Positions 24,601 through 37,280 of a DNA stretch of 51,585 nt are shown here, in pieces. Where the stretch lies: NCBI RefSeq assembly GCF_018977255.1, contig NW_024704767.1:198416-250000 (forward strand), written 5' to 3'. The stretch is from Callorhinchus milii (taxonomy: Eukaryota). The position numbers and the translations under genes were made by a program. Numbering within the stretch: the first letter of the stretch is position 1; each line of letters opens with the position of its first letter. A model generated the notes under the pieces. It was not told the origin of the DNA, ran no database searches, and saw only the letters and a program-made list of their open reading frames with translations.

Positions 24601-25436
24601 GGGCTGCAACCTCTTAGCCTACTGCAGAGCTTTGGGATGTCCTCCCGATGTGAAAGTCATTATACCAATGTATTTTGTATTGTAATTTTTATATTGTACT
24701 GCAGGCCATTTTACCGTGTTAATAATAATACTTATATTATTAATAATGCTGTAGTACATTTGATATAGCACCTTATCACGTTGTTGAGACATCGCGTCTC
24801 AAAGCACTTCACCGAATACACTGTAAAGTGAATTAACCTTATATTTTGTGGGCAAAACATTTTTTCCCCCCAAATAAAGTCATCTCACGCGTTGTGTCGG
24901 CAATCTCAGTTTATAAAATTATTCTTCCCCCCCACCCCCACCCCTTCAGATGCAGGGGATATGAAGTTTTACAATACTGTGTTAAATCAGTCAACAACCA
25001 GTAAATTGTACTTGGGAAAAGAGCCATATGCCAAACTGAAACTGATGAAAACCAGATTGTATTCCAACAAGCATGAAAAAGGACAAGGCTTATAGGCAAC
25101 CCTATAGAGAGCAACTTCACTATAAACATCATGGGTCATGTACAGTATTTTACCCACTGAGGGATTGGCGCAAGAGAAGGTGGTGTGATGTGTTCCAGTA
25201 CTTCCAACGCTCAGCTTTTAAGTCACTGCAAATGCAACATCCAGTGCAAGGCCAAGAGTGAAACGTACAGTCCCATCACAGACAGTTCAGCCTCTGCGCT
25301 TTTTAAATGAAGTGATACGAGATCGCTGTCAGATTTCACAAAGGGCAAAGCATTCCTCATGCTGCTAAGTGCTGTGAACATTCTCTTAAGGCTTTGGCAC
25401 TTGTGCGTTCTTAACAAGATACCATCTTGCGAAGGT

Positions 25437-25740
25437 CAGCCTGGCGCAGTGGTAGTGCTCTCGTCTCTGAGTCAGAAGGGTTGTGGGTTCAAGCCCCACG
25501 TTGGGACTTGGAATCACACAGTCTAAAATGACTCTCCAATACAGTGCCGGGTGGGGCTGGGGGTATCACATTGTCAGAGGTGCCATCCTTCCGATGTGAT
25601 GTTATTTCGAGGTCCCATCTGCCTGTTCAGGTGGACGTCAAAGATCCCATGACACTATTCGAAAAGAGAAGAGAGTTTCTCTCTCCTGGTGTCCTGGCCA
25701 ACAATTCCCCAAATAAAATTGGTCACTCACTTTCGAGTCA
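25437..25740 (+). mobile_element. Older Deu-domain tRNA SINE
   Basis: A/B-box head plus core GAGGTCCCATCTGCCTGTTCAGGTGGACGTCAAAGATCCCATG...GGTGTCCTGGCCAA; related pieces at ~9865-10200 and ~18520-18700. Confidence 0.8.
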
Positions 25741-27456
25741 CAGACGCTTCAGAAAGAGGGAAAGTCACCCGTTGGGAGTAGAATTCTGAGTGCAGAATTT
25801 GAAAGAAGAGCATCTTTGACCCAAAAAGGCTTTGCCCGAACGTCAAACTTGCACATTACAATTCTCCACGGTGTTGAAGAACTCAACCCATTGCAATGGC
25901 ATCCAATGTTTTCATCCTTCCCCCCCCCCCCACCCCCGTGCAAGGATCCTTTGTCCACAACACTGGCGTATTAAATAATTCCTTTATTGTCAATTTACAA
26001 CACTCCAACCATCAACTCATCCCTGGTGCCATTCCCAGGATCCGTTTCTACTTCCTGCTTCTATTTCATTAGCTCTTTCTGAATTTCCATTTAACTTCTT
26101 AAAGCAAAGTCAGGTGAGTGCTCGGATTCAGAGGAACTTGGTCAAAAACACACCAAACATGCATCAATGTAGTTGCTTCATATTGTTCGGTTCCAATTGG
26201 TTTATTATTATTATTATTATTATCAAGCCTTGTTTTTAGTAAGCAGAAGACCGGGGGGTATTAGCATTGTGCTTAGAGACCAGCTCTTGGTATTAATAAT
26301 GTTCTGCTATTAATTTATAATGCCTCGTTACACGTCTTCTCTAAATCCAGATGTTCTAATGCTAATAAGATGTTTTGCTTGTAAAAGGGTTCCAAGCCAG
26401 TCCCAATGTAGTACTGGAACAATCACAATCACTGAAAAAAAACTAGTTAAATTTAACTGCAAAGTAACAAAGTTTGAAACTTATGTAGTTTTATAACTAA
26501 AGCCCTAGCTCTCACACAGCATAGAGCACAGTGATCATAGCAGCCAAAATAAATACAAGTTTTTGAGGAACCATTTCAGCTCAGCTTTTAACGTACCCTG
26601 GCTTTTGAAGTTCTGCTACGGTTTGCCTTTGTTTGTGGCTGGTGAAAGCCTTGGTCATTGAAGACATCCACTCCCCATGATTAAGGCCAGGGTACATTCA
26701 GCTTTCCTGTGGAAACTAGGGACCATCCATTCACCACCGTAACAGCACAGTCGGTCATGCAAACAATTGAAACTGCATCAAAAGGCTGGAACATTTTTCT
26801 TTACAGTAAATCTGCTTTGAACAGTTCATTTACAACCTACATCAATGTTTACAATCCACATAACTGGCTTTCCCAGCATCCAAAAACCTGAACGTACTTA
26901 AACATTAAAAAAAACAGAACCACAATAAAATTACATTTATAGAAGATTGGCTTCTCATAAATGCCCACCAGCTACTTGCTGAAATGAACATGGTTTGCTT
27001 TATGAGACTTTAACAGAAGCTCTAGAGACTGTACATCAATGTTTTTGTAATCATTTCTATTCAGTCTTTACTCATATGAAACCAATGTAAATAGGATCCG
27101 GTGCTGGATATGTTTCCGTATTAAATGCATTGGATAAACACAGCAGCAGCAGCTCATTTTTTCAAATGCAAATACTTTTTTTGAAATGTTAAAATAGCTT
27201 TGCTTTCAGAAAACACTCACACAGTACAATAACAATGAGTAGTTTTTTTTTAAAAAAAGTTTGTACACAGGGATTAATGTTAAATCCCGGGAGGTTGGAT
27301 CCCACTATTGAATGTACATTTAATTAAGTGAAGTTAATTAAATCCCTGACTGTCCGTCCAGTGCCTTGGGACGTCCTCCCGACGTGAAAGGTGCTTTACA
27401 ATGTAATTTGTATTGTATTTACTGAACACGACACAGCAGAGTTCAGGCTGTAGTGA

Positions 27457-27589
27457 TCAGGATCGTGTCATGAGCTCTTCCAGTGCTCTCCCCTGATGGT
27501 TGTTGTGGACGAGAAGAACTTCCTTGATATCTTCGTGTTGGAAGCCCCATCTCATTGAACTGCGTCACCAGAGTCAGGAATTCTGCCGC
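27457..27589 (-). CDS. UBAP1L: UBAP1L terminal exon (apparent +1 frameshift at 27545-27548)
   Basis: AAEFLTLVTQFNEMG then, one base shifted, FQHEDIKEVLLVHNNHQGRALEELMTRS* (last UBA of SOUBA). Confidence 0.9.
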
Positions 27590-28315
27590 CTGCAGTCATG
27601 AAAAGGGCGAGTAAGAGAGAGGTCACGAGAGGTGAAAACAGTTCAGAAGAACACCACATAAGAGGTTTGGATGAAGAAGAACCCTTTGGCCCATTTGATT
27701 TCATCTTTGCTGAATGCCAACCCCATTGCAGTAACAAGCGGTTTCTTACGGGTGTCCTATGTTCTGGCTGCAGACACCCTTCCTGTTTTGTAACACAATA
27801 ATCCTTGCATTTAATGTCATGCCTTATCACGTTGTCGAGACGTCTCAAAGCGCTTTCAACACAAGGTTTATTGTAAAGTGTAGTTGGCTGTATTTTAAAT
27901 AGATTGTGGTGTTATTTGCGACTTTCGCAAACCAGATTTGATGTACTAATTGCACCTTTCAGTTTGCGAATACCATGTAGGGAGTGCTTGCTGCTGGATC
28001 CACTGGCCAGTGTGTGTGTGAGGGTTCTGTTTGAGGACTTTTATCGATTTTCAGGCGTCACAATTAATCTTTTGGACGAGTCTTGCAAACTCTCAAAATA
28101 GGGAGAGGAAATCCCAATCAGCACACCGAGGCAAATCTCGTTTCCAACCATCACAAAGTAAATAATAATATTAATCCTTGTATTTTATGTGATCACGTCA
28201 TTGAGACGTCTCAAAGCGCTTCATATAATATACTGTCAAGTGAATTGAGTGTGTATTTTGCGGGCGAATTTCCTGTTAAGGAGCAAATGCACCAATGAGG
28301 AACACACTCTCTGAC

Positions 28316-28417
28316 CTTTGCTTCCGAGTTCTGGAATATCTCCAAGGCTTCTTCCACCAGAGGCTCCTCATAGCCCTCCTTGCACAGTCGGTCCCAGGCA
28401 CTCAGGTAAGCCACAAT
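28316..28417 (-). CDS. UBAP1L: UBAP1L exon (SOUBA)
   Basis: IVAYLSAWDRLCKEGYEEPLVEEALEIFQNSEAK; 102 nt, phase 0-0. Confidence 0.93.
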
Positions 28418-28481
28418 CTGACACATAATCAGTCAGTTAAAAGACAGAACTAAAAAAGAAACTCTCCGCACATAGAGAGCA

Positions 28482-28845
28482 GTAATAATAATAATCCTTG
28501 CATTTTGATAGAGCGTCTTATCACGTCATTGAGATGTCTCAAAACGCTTCACAGAATACACCGTAAAGCAAATCGACTGTGTGTTTTGTGGGCGCACAGC
28601 AGTGTCCCCCACACAGTCGTGGATTGAGTGACCCAATTTTTTTCTCTTTTTTTTTGCTTTTTAGGGATTATTACCCCCGGTAAGTGATCCGCAATCAACT
28701 AACAACCGGGTTCCTACTTACTGCTAGGTAAACAGAGACTGTGTGGAGTAAGAAAGCTTATCTAAGGCTTCGCACTGCCTGGGAATCAAACCTGGGTCCT
28801 CTTGGTAGTGAGGCAAACGCTCTAACCACTACTCCACGGGACTCC
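28482..28845 (-). mobile_element. Full-length tRNA-derived SINE (long subfamily)
   Basis: Colinear with 17461-17834. Confidence 0.85.
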
Positions 28846-29443
28846 TATAATATCAAACTATCAAAACCTGAGACTGCAACACAGTTAGAGATTTCTTATT
28901 TACTGCCTTGGAGGAGTGCATGTCTACAAAGCTCAAAGGGTTTTAAAATCACACAATTCAAGGTGTTGATCCCATTTATAAAATCGTGTGTTTGGGGCAA
29001 ATATTTATTTATGCAGGACTCTCTGTTCTTAAAAATTAAAAATAAAGCCAAGAAAAATGGTTCTTAAGGGACCAGAGCTGCTCCGATAGATATTTATTGT
29101 GATTAACATTCGCTAATTTAGATTCTCCCCTTTTGTTGTCTCTCGTCACTATTTTCAGTGTTGGACGTTGGCTGAGAGGTTAAATGATTGTGAATCAAGA
29201 GAGGTTTCTGGTCTGGTGCCTGGCTCTCTGGTTTCCTTGCTCCTTGTTTGGCCACAAGGGCTGGATGGGTTGGTTATTGGTGGCCTTGCTCTCCCTCTCC
29301 TCCTCTCCCTCTTCCCCTCTGCTCCTCCCACTCATCCTCCTCCCACTCCCATCTCCCTCCCTCCCCCCCATCTCTCTTCCCCCCTCCCATCCCCCTCCCT
29401 CTCCCGCTCCCCCCCGTTACCAGTTAACAGATGAGTCACCAAC

Positions 29444-29653
29444 CTGTTGTGTACTCCGTTGTCCAATGTTCTGGATGGCCCAAATGACTCTCCTGATAGG
29501 ATAGCCCCGATCTACAACAGTCTGGATGAGCTCCTGCTCTTTTTGGCTCAGTGCCAGCAGCAGGTCAGAGTAAGAGTCTGGGAGAGGTTTGTGAGAATCT
29601 AAAGGCTTCGAGGTTGATGGAGGCGCCGGAAGGCAAGAGTAAGGGCTGAGAGA
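29444..29653 (-). CDS. UBAP1L: UBAP1L exon (linker + first UBA)
   Basis: SLSPYSCLP...DLLLALSQKEQELIQTVVDRGYPIRR...; 210 nt, phase 0-0. Confidence 0.93.
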
Positions 29654-30226
29654 CTGGAAAAGAGCAGAGCGAAAACAAACCTTCAGAACAGAGGCACAAG
29701 AATAGACAAGCTGTCGAGAGCAATGGATCTATAAAAGAATCTGGTTTATTTTTGCCCAGCGAGGGGTTTGTTTCACAGTCTACTAGCTATTAGCTATTCC
29801 CAGTCCCTCTCTGCAACCATCACATTCCTCAATCTCAAGGTCAGAAGGGCCCTTACCCTGGGCTATTCCCATTGTGATCAGATTACTTGTGCTATTTGGG
29901 TTCCCAAAGTAAACAGAGCATTGGTTACTTTCCTCACAACGTCCTTCGGCTGAACGATAATCATCTTGCAGTATTTTAGATTGTTGTCCGCAAGACAATC
30001 AAATCTTTACCCCTCCTCCTTCCCACCCAAAACCCACAGGTTTCTAAGTATTGTAACAATGAGGAAGCAGATTGTGGCTCATGGAAAACAACAACAACAA
30101 CATGCATTTATCTAGCACCCTTCACGCAGGGCGGTGTCCCAGAGCGCTTGTTCTAGCCAAGCCGGGAGGCACGGATATTGAGATCTGGATTGAATTCTCA
30201 GGGCAGTGGTGATCGGGAGCTCTCAC

Positions 30227-31015
30227 CGGGATTGGCGGCTTGTGTCTTCGAATGGGGGCTATAGGGCTGGGCGGGGAAGACCTGGCCAGGTGTCGCCGGG
30301 TGAAGGCGAGAGGAGGACTTCCAGATCCGAACTGCGGCATGAATGGGTTTTTGCTGTTCCTGTTGGGCTGGAGTTGAGAGAAGGATTTGCGGTAAAGTTT
30401 CTTGGGCGCTTGTTGTTGTTGGTGGTGATGATGATGGTCCTGCAGCCAACTGGGGCTGCATCTCTTGCCCACCTCCTGCTCGGCGTCTGTGCCGCTCGAG
30501 TGAGTCGACATCTTCAGCCCATAGATGTGGGGGAGTCTGGTGACGTTGACGTTCCGGTGCTTCTCACAGTATTTACTCCGCGAAGCGCTGTCCAAGAAAG
30601 GCGAGGAGGCTGGCCTGCCGTCCAGCAGCCTGGAGTATGAATTACATTTGACTCTGGGGATGGGCACTGAGGGAAGCTTGAACTTCTTGTCCTCGCTCTC
30701 GTCCGAGGAGGAGAGTTCGTCGTCCTCCGAGTAACCGTCGTCGCTCTCTGACGAGATGTAGGCGACCCGGGGGCGAATGTGGCGGTCGTCGGTCACGCTG
30801 AAACTCCGGCACCTGCGGGTCTGCAGAATCACGTGGCCTCTCATGGCCTTGGAGTAATCGCAGGGGCTGTCGTCGTTCGGATCCTCGGAGCTTTCCTCCT
30901 CGGGATCGGGGAAGGCCAGCCAGAAGGGCGGGCACGTGGGCACAGCCCTGACCCGCTCCGTCACCCCGCGCTCTCTGATCCACTCCAACACCTCCTTTTC
31001 CAGAGAGAAGTCATA
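30227..31015 (-). CDS. UBAP1L: UBAP1L large exon (end of UMA + disordered region)
   Basis: Starts YDFSLEKEVLEW (UMA C-terminal motif), PPFWL, ends IAPIRRHKPPIP|GTGAG; 789 nt. Confidence 0.93.
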
Positions 31016-33315
31016 CTGCAAGAGATCGCACACAATACACCGACTTCACTCAACAACGGAATTAGGCCTTCGTTTGACTTACGCCCGCCACCTCTTCGCC
31101 CTCCGATCCCCCCCCCCACCCCACAAAAAAAAGTTTTCAAAGATAATTTGAGTTATTATTAATGTCTATGAGTTATTATCCCCGGAAAACGATCTGTCAA
31201 TCAACCAACAACCGGGTTCCTATTTACTGCCAGGTAAATAGAGGCGTGTGTAGTAAGGAAACTTGCCTAAGGTTTCATTTCGTCCCTCCCCGGAATCGAA
31301 CCCGGGTCCTCTCACTTGCGGCGCGAGCGCTTGAACCACTACGCTACAGGGGGTTTTTGGAGGAACAAAAGTAATCAACACCTTTCAAGGCCACAAGTTA
31401 TTCATTTAACATTACTAAACTAGTTTTATCTGCACCCCCTTAGGCAAGAACGTACAGGAGGCAGTGGCAGCAATCTTTTTTGTAAACAAAATCTTTCACG
31501 TTTAAATACCATCAATAATCCAACAACACTTAATCACGTTCTGTTCCTCTTCAAAGAAGGGAATTTTTTTTAGAGTGAGAAACACACTTTGAACCCTGCT
31601 GGAATACAAAGTCACAAAAATAGCACTGATTTAACTCTCAAATATTTACAGGTTAAATCGCAATGTAAGCCATTCCAAATAAGACTTAAAATTGCTATCA
31701 GATCAAAGTGTTCCTTCAAAAGCTTTACACTGGCACAATATCCCTTCAGCCTAATCAAATTATTTCAGGTTAGCAGAGGACAAACTCCTAGGAAAATAAC
31801 ATGACATTTATAGACTGCAGGAAAGAAAGATTAATAATAATCCTTGCACTTGAGATGGCACCTTATATCATCGAGACATCTCAAGACACTTCACAGGATT
31901 TACTGGAAAGTGGATTGGTCGTGTCCCACATGGATCAGTGTCTTGGGACGTCTTCCCGACGTGAAAGGCACTATACAAATGTAATTTTGTTGTTCTTGTT
32001 GTTGAAATGAATGACCAAATTTTTTTTTAAAACAAACAACATTAAAATACAGCACCTGATTATATTGTTGGAAGATCTCAAAGCACTTCACGGGATTTAT
32101 TGTAAAGTGACTATACATTTTGCAAGCGAAGGCACTGGCCAATCTGCACACCGCAGCCATGATGTGAATGGCCAAGTTTTATTAACTGGGGGATTGTTGG
32201 CCAGGACATTGCAAGACAACCCCTTCTCCTTGAAGAGTCTGGCCAGCAGTTAGCAGACAGTAATCATATGCCAACACCTTCCACGCTCCACAGATGTGCA
32301 CCAGCCAGGGCTGAGTGGGGAAGAGCGAGTGTGCATGTGACTACTTCCACTTCAAACCGATGGCCCATTTATATAGTGCCCTTCATGTGGGGGGGGGGGG
32401 GGTAGTGTTCAACAGCCACGAGGTGCCAGCGTACGTGACAGCAAAGCCGCTTTGTTGGGGTCACCAGCTGGAGTAAGTTGAATCATTCGGTTTCCAAGAA
32501 GCAAACAACAATCTGCTTACACCATTTGATTAGCTTCTTGGTCCTGCTGTATGCAGGGGCTTAGTGTCCTTACATCACATAGGCTTTAGTGGAACAGCTG
32601 CTAAGCCATTCGTCCACAAAAACTCACGTTATCTAAGGAACCTGCAGATTAGGGTTATATACGCCTTTCCTATTGGTTGAGTGCCCTGTTCCAAGGCTTT
32701 AATATTCTGTCACTTAATCTTGCTGGTCAGGGTCATTCCTTATTATCTACTTTCCTTAAGGTTCTTTGGTAAATCTGGAACTCTCTAAAGATTCATTGGA
32801 TTTTCTATTCACGTCTTCGTGTCCTGCAATCTATGTTTGTGTCAAACATGCTTTTGGTTGCATTAGTCATTTTGTGTTTAAAAATAACCTGTATCTCTCA
32901 ATCCCCCCCCCCGCGCATTACATCAGTGGAATCTCAGGTAAATGGGACTGAATGGATTGCTCTTTCAAAAAGCCAGCAACGAGATGTTGGCCTGAATCAA
33001 TGTCCATGGCATGATCTGAAAGGATAACAAGAGTTTTTCCTCCCAGTGTCCTGCCAACAATCCTCCAGATAAAATTGGTCATTCACTTAATGGCTGTTTG
33101 TGGGGCATTGCTGGGTACAAATTGACTGCCACGTTCACCTGCAAAAATCCACGGTCATTACATTTTACAGTAAATCCTGTAAAGCATTTTGTGAATGTCC
33201 TCCCGAAGCAGAAGGTATGAAATACAAGGATTATTATCAGACTGATGCTTTGTATATGCAGTATGGATTTACACTAAGAGAAAAGGAACTGAACTGTTTT
33301 GCCTTGACATATTAC

Positions 33316-33458
33316 CTGCGTTTGCGTCAATATCTCAAAGCAATGAGTCAAGCAGATATCTGGCAGAGGGGAAATTACCACACGTTCTTCTGCAGAGTTA
33401 TTCTCCAGTGCTGCAGAAATTCTAAAGGATATTTCTTCCAAACAGCTCGACGATCCAC
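33316..33458 (-). CDS. UBAP1L: UBAP1L UMA-domain exon
   Basis: GSSSCLEEISFRIS...PDICLTHCFEILTQTQ, joins in frame to YDFSLE; resembles the UBAP1 LDDVPFK..PDCLQVV.EVQ segment; phase 1-0. Confidence 0.88.
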
Positions 33459-33681
33459 CTAGATAGTTAAAATGATCAACAATGGATTAATTAATCGGGT
33501 CAGAGTTCCTGCCTCATATACACGAACACAACACGTAACACAAATCTCCAGAATCCCATCGAACAAGATTTACCTCATGAAACATTACAGCATGAAACCA
33601 TAACTGTGCAATCTGCTATTCAGTCATGTTTGCGTAATCCACTCATAATAAAATGACATTAATAATATCTGAATCACTTAC

Positions 33682-33738
33682 CCACGCTACTGTACACCTC
33701 AGCTTCTGAGCTGCTCATTATTTCACCCCAAGTACAAT
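33682..33738 (-). CDS. UBAP1L: UBAP1L 57-nt exon with in-frame ATG at 33718
   Basis: tcttcctttcAG acceptor, (D)CTWGEIMSSSEAEVYSSV, G|GTAAGT donor, phase 1-1. Confidence 0.65.
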
Positions 33739-35208
33739 CTGAAAGGAAGAAAAATAAACATCAACCACTGATCAATGAATGTTGCAAAGGGTAACAAACT
33801 CAATATTTGGTTGACTATCCCACGGTTAGAGAAGGAAAAATCCCTTGAATAGAAACCAGAAACTAGTTTCTCCCAGTTTGTTGGCAACCAATTCTCCAGA
33901 TCAAAATTGTTAATTCGCTGGACACTGCTGTGCACAAATTGGCAACCACATTTGCCTACAAATACACAGTCGCTATCTTTTAGAGTACAACCTCTGAAGC
34001 GCTTTTTGAGACATTTTTGATGATGGAATAGGATGCGTTATCAAGGGCAAGGATTATTATTGTATCAAATCAAGCTGTTGCCATTCTGCCTTGGTGCATG
34101 CTACAGAAGATTGTGAACATTATTGCTAATGATCTATTCATTCTTGGGTTGTATTTAATCACATCAATTAACTACTTGGACCTGCGCACGTAGTCAGACG
34201 GGGTTGTGCCGATCGCTTGTGTTGTTCACTGGATGGGGTTTATAATTAAACTCATCCTCTGATAATGGCGTGAGTCAGACTGACTGGATTAGCAATGGAA
34301 AGATTATTCCTCTTGGGCACGTCACCAGACTAGATGGGACAGCTTTGTCTGATGTGGTCAAATGTCACCAGTAAGCAGATCAGGGGGGAGGGGGTGGGTA
34401 GAGGGATGTAAACAAATAAGCTTCACTGTGCAATGATCAGTGATCACAAACATGCCCCGAATCCAAAGCATCCACGTTAAACACAATGGGTCATTTTTCT
34501 GCATTTCTAGACATGTTTCGCCCACAACATACACAGTGAATCCACTTTACAACATATTCTGTGAAGGCAGTAAGGTGCTGTATCAAATGCAAGGATTATT
34601 ATTATTATTATAGTAATAAGTTAACAGCCTTTTCAGTCAGGTAGAAGATTTCTGAAAGGGAAGTTACGATTTTATCTAAAACCAAACTTTGTTTTCCTGC
34701 ACTGTCCAATACAGAGTGCAGCTCTCATACCCAAAAGATGCATCTTTTTTAACACTAAGCTGGGTTACTGCTCCAACTTGCTAGATTCCAGTACTTTTAA
34801 AAATTCACAGCAGCTTTTTTTGATACTGTATATAAAAAGGAATTGACAAACTGACTGCACGTAGGTTAAAAGGGAGTAACTTTTGAGCCGTTAAAAGTGG
34901 GTGGGAGGTGGTAGGTATCAATACGTGCCAGTCCACTTATACACTGAGTCACAGACTGAGTGTTGTGGAAAACATGAAATCACTTAAGAAACTCTCTCTC
35001 TCTCTCATTAAATCTGCTGTTATTACCAGTTGCACTGATAATTGTTTTGCAAAGCACATTCCATTCCTTCCCCATTATTGCAGCCCGTTTCCTCACATTA
35101 CAAAATTGGAAGAGAAACAAATCCTTCTAAAAATCTCTCCTTTTAAGGCAGGCAGCTTGATATTTTCTCAGGTGGCTTTGACAAGAGTTGAGCATCGTAA
35201 TGACTCAC

Positions 35209-35251
35209 CCACCGTTGATTTTAAGCTGCGAAAGGAGAGGAGACGTAACAT
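35209..35251 (-). CDS. UBAP1L: Candidate upstream first coding exon of UBAP1L
   Basis: MLRLLSFRSLKSTV + G|GTGAGT, phase 1, in frame with both downstream exons; acceptor at 35262-35263. Confidence 0.4.
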
Positions 35252-35642
35252 GCACCAGTGGCTAGACATTGGAAACAGGCAGTAAACAGGGCAGAAATGA
35301 TTTCACTTCAGTATTTTGACGCTGAAAATTGCTATTTATATATCCAATGAACAAAAACTAAAATTAAAGGAATACAAATAGTAATTGAAACGTGAGCAGT
35401 TAATTCATCTGAAATTTCTTCATCTGAAATCCACTGCAGCCTGTTGGCCTTCAGGTGCCTTATCATGTCTACATCATAACAACAGCTGAGCACAAGTCTT
35501 ATTAAAGTCCATTAAAATAAAGGGAACATCTTAAACATCAAAGAAAAAATGAAATATATAAGCCTTTTTAAAAAGCCTCTTATAACTATAATGTGTCTAT
35601 AGATGTGTCGGCTAGCATTTAAAAAAATGTAGCATGGCTTAC

Positions 35643-35960
35643 GGTGACAGATCCAACTCTGGAAGCGAGTTGTTGATATGACGAGGTCTTTCTTGTTCAG
35701 TAGCTGCTCACTGAAACCACCGCTGTGTGTTATTCTGAAGCTGTCCAGAGGAAGACTGATTGCGGATTAGTACTGCTTGCTATGATGGACAGGAGAGTCT
35801 TAAAGTATCCCTGCATTAACGTAACTAATACACTGCATTTGAACACATTCCTCCTTTTTCTTCATTTAAAATCCATTAGATAGAAAGGACTCCAGTTGCA
35901 TCGATAGCCCTATTGACTTTACTTATCCAGTTTACATTTAATCCAGATATTTAATCCCAG
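35643..35960 (-). promoter_or_regulatory. Candidate UBAP1L promoter / non-coding first exon
   Basis: Donor GTAAGC at 35642; three TAATCC (CRX/OTX-type) sites at 35764, 35939 and 35952. Confidence 0.4.
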
Positions 35961-37147
35961 ACCCAATGAAATTCTAAACAAACAAAAGCCCGAACCAGTG
36001 TCAGCACTGGGACCAAGAGACCCAACTCCTCCAGGAAATCGTCTTGTTTGCCCAACATTAGGCGGGCAACAAACCGAACTGAACCCGTTGGGCTGTTAGA
36101 TAATTACTCACTCGCCCATTAACTGAATCTCCCTCATACTCAACTGTTTCCCCACAGAAAATGAATCCAGATATTGAGTACTGATTTGTAAACGTTGAGG
36201 TCTATCAGCATTTGAACATTCTAAATTAGTGCAAAATTTTGATTATTCCCCCAAAAAAGCAAACAGTGGCTCTTCATTTTTAATCAGCATCTTAATATTT
36301 TTTTAAAGCCTAAAATACTCCTCAACAACAACAAGAAGATTTAATTTATAGAGCGCCTTTCACGTCGGGAGGACGTCCCAAGGCGCTGGACAGTTGGGTC
36401 AGGACCCGAGCAGTGGGGGGAAATGGTCAGGGTGAGGGGAGGGAAGGGAGGGAGCGAGGAGGGGGTAGAGAGTCGAGAGGGGAGCTGAAGGCACGGTCAA
36501 AGAGAAGTCCTCACTAATCTAACTGATCTGCCAGTCAAGGAACATCATAACCTAACTGCCCAAACACACCTCCCTGACCGCAGCTGCCAACAGTGGAACA
36601 TGTCCCACTTTGATCACTCAGCTACTGCCGCCTGCTGGATGCAGCAGCGATCGACACATCTTACAGAAAGCGAGCACACAACCAGCACGAGGGCTTCACT
36701 CTGCACGTTTTTAAACGAAAAAATACACATCTTTGAAATACCAGTGTCTTCTCTGTAACAAATCAGAAATGCACTGTGAACTAAATTAGAGAATCATCAT
36801 TCAATACATCTGTTTAAATAAGATACCCCCGAGTACAATATTCAGTGCAAATTGTGGTTGATGCTTTCTTGCTGCTCACTTGCATGTAAAGGGCAATGAA
36901 GACTGGATTTGAAATAGATTTATTTTTAAAAAAATATTTCTCGTTGGGACGTCGCACAATGCTCTTATACATCGCCCATCGCCCATTTTCTCAGTTTGAA
37001 TCCTTCAGTTTTCTGCATTCAGATAGACCATCATCGAAATATTTACAAAGCTCTAAATTCAGAATGCGAGTTCCATCTTTATTTGTAGTGAAAGAGTCTT
37101 TGCAGGATACAAAATATTTCCAGTCACAGAGAACGGAGGTGAACAAG

Positions 37148-37280
37148 TCACCAGCTCTCACTCTGTCCCAATGCTGTTGCCCACGTGTCGTGAGAAGGTG
37201 GGACTGGAAAGACCCAGCCATGTGGTACAAAACTGCCATCGGGGTGATCTTCAGGGACGAGATATCGATCCCATTCTTGC
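37148..37280 (-). CDS. PDCD7: Duplicate copy of PDCD7 terminal exon
   Basis: Identical translation to 41515-41647, intact acceptor. Confidence 0.8.

Noticed and set aside
36991-37239. 82-aa alternative-frame ORF over the PDCD7 last exon and 3' UTR, seen twice
   Set aside because: Recurs only because of the duplication; it starts after the chimera's stop codon and has no homology support
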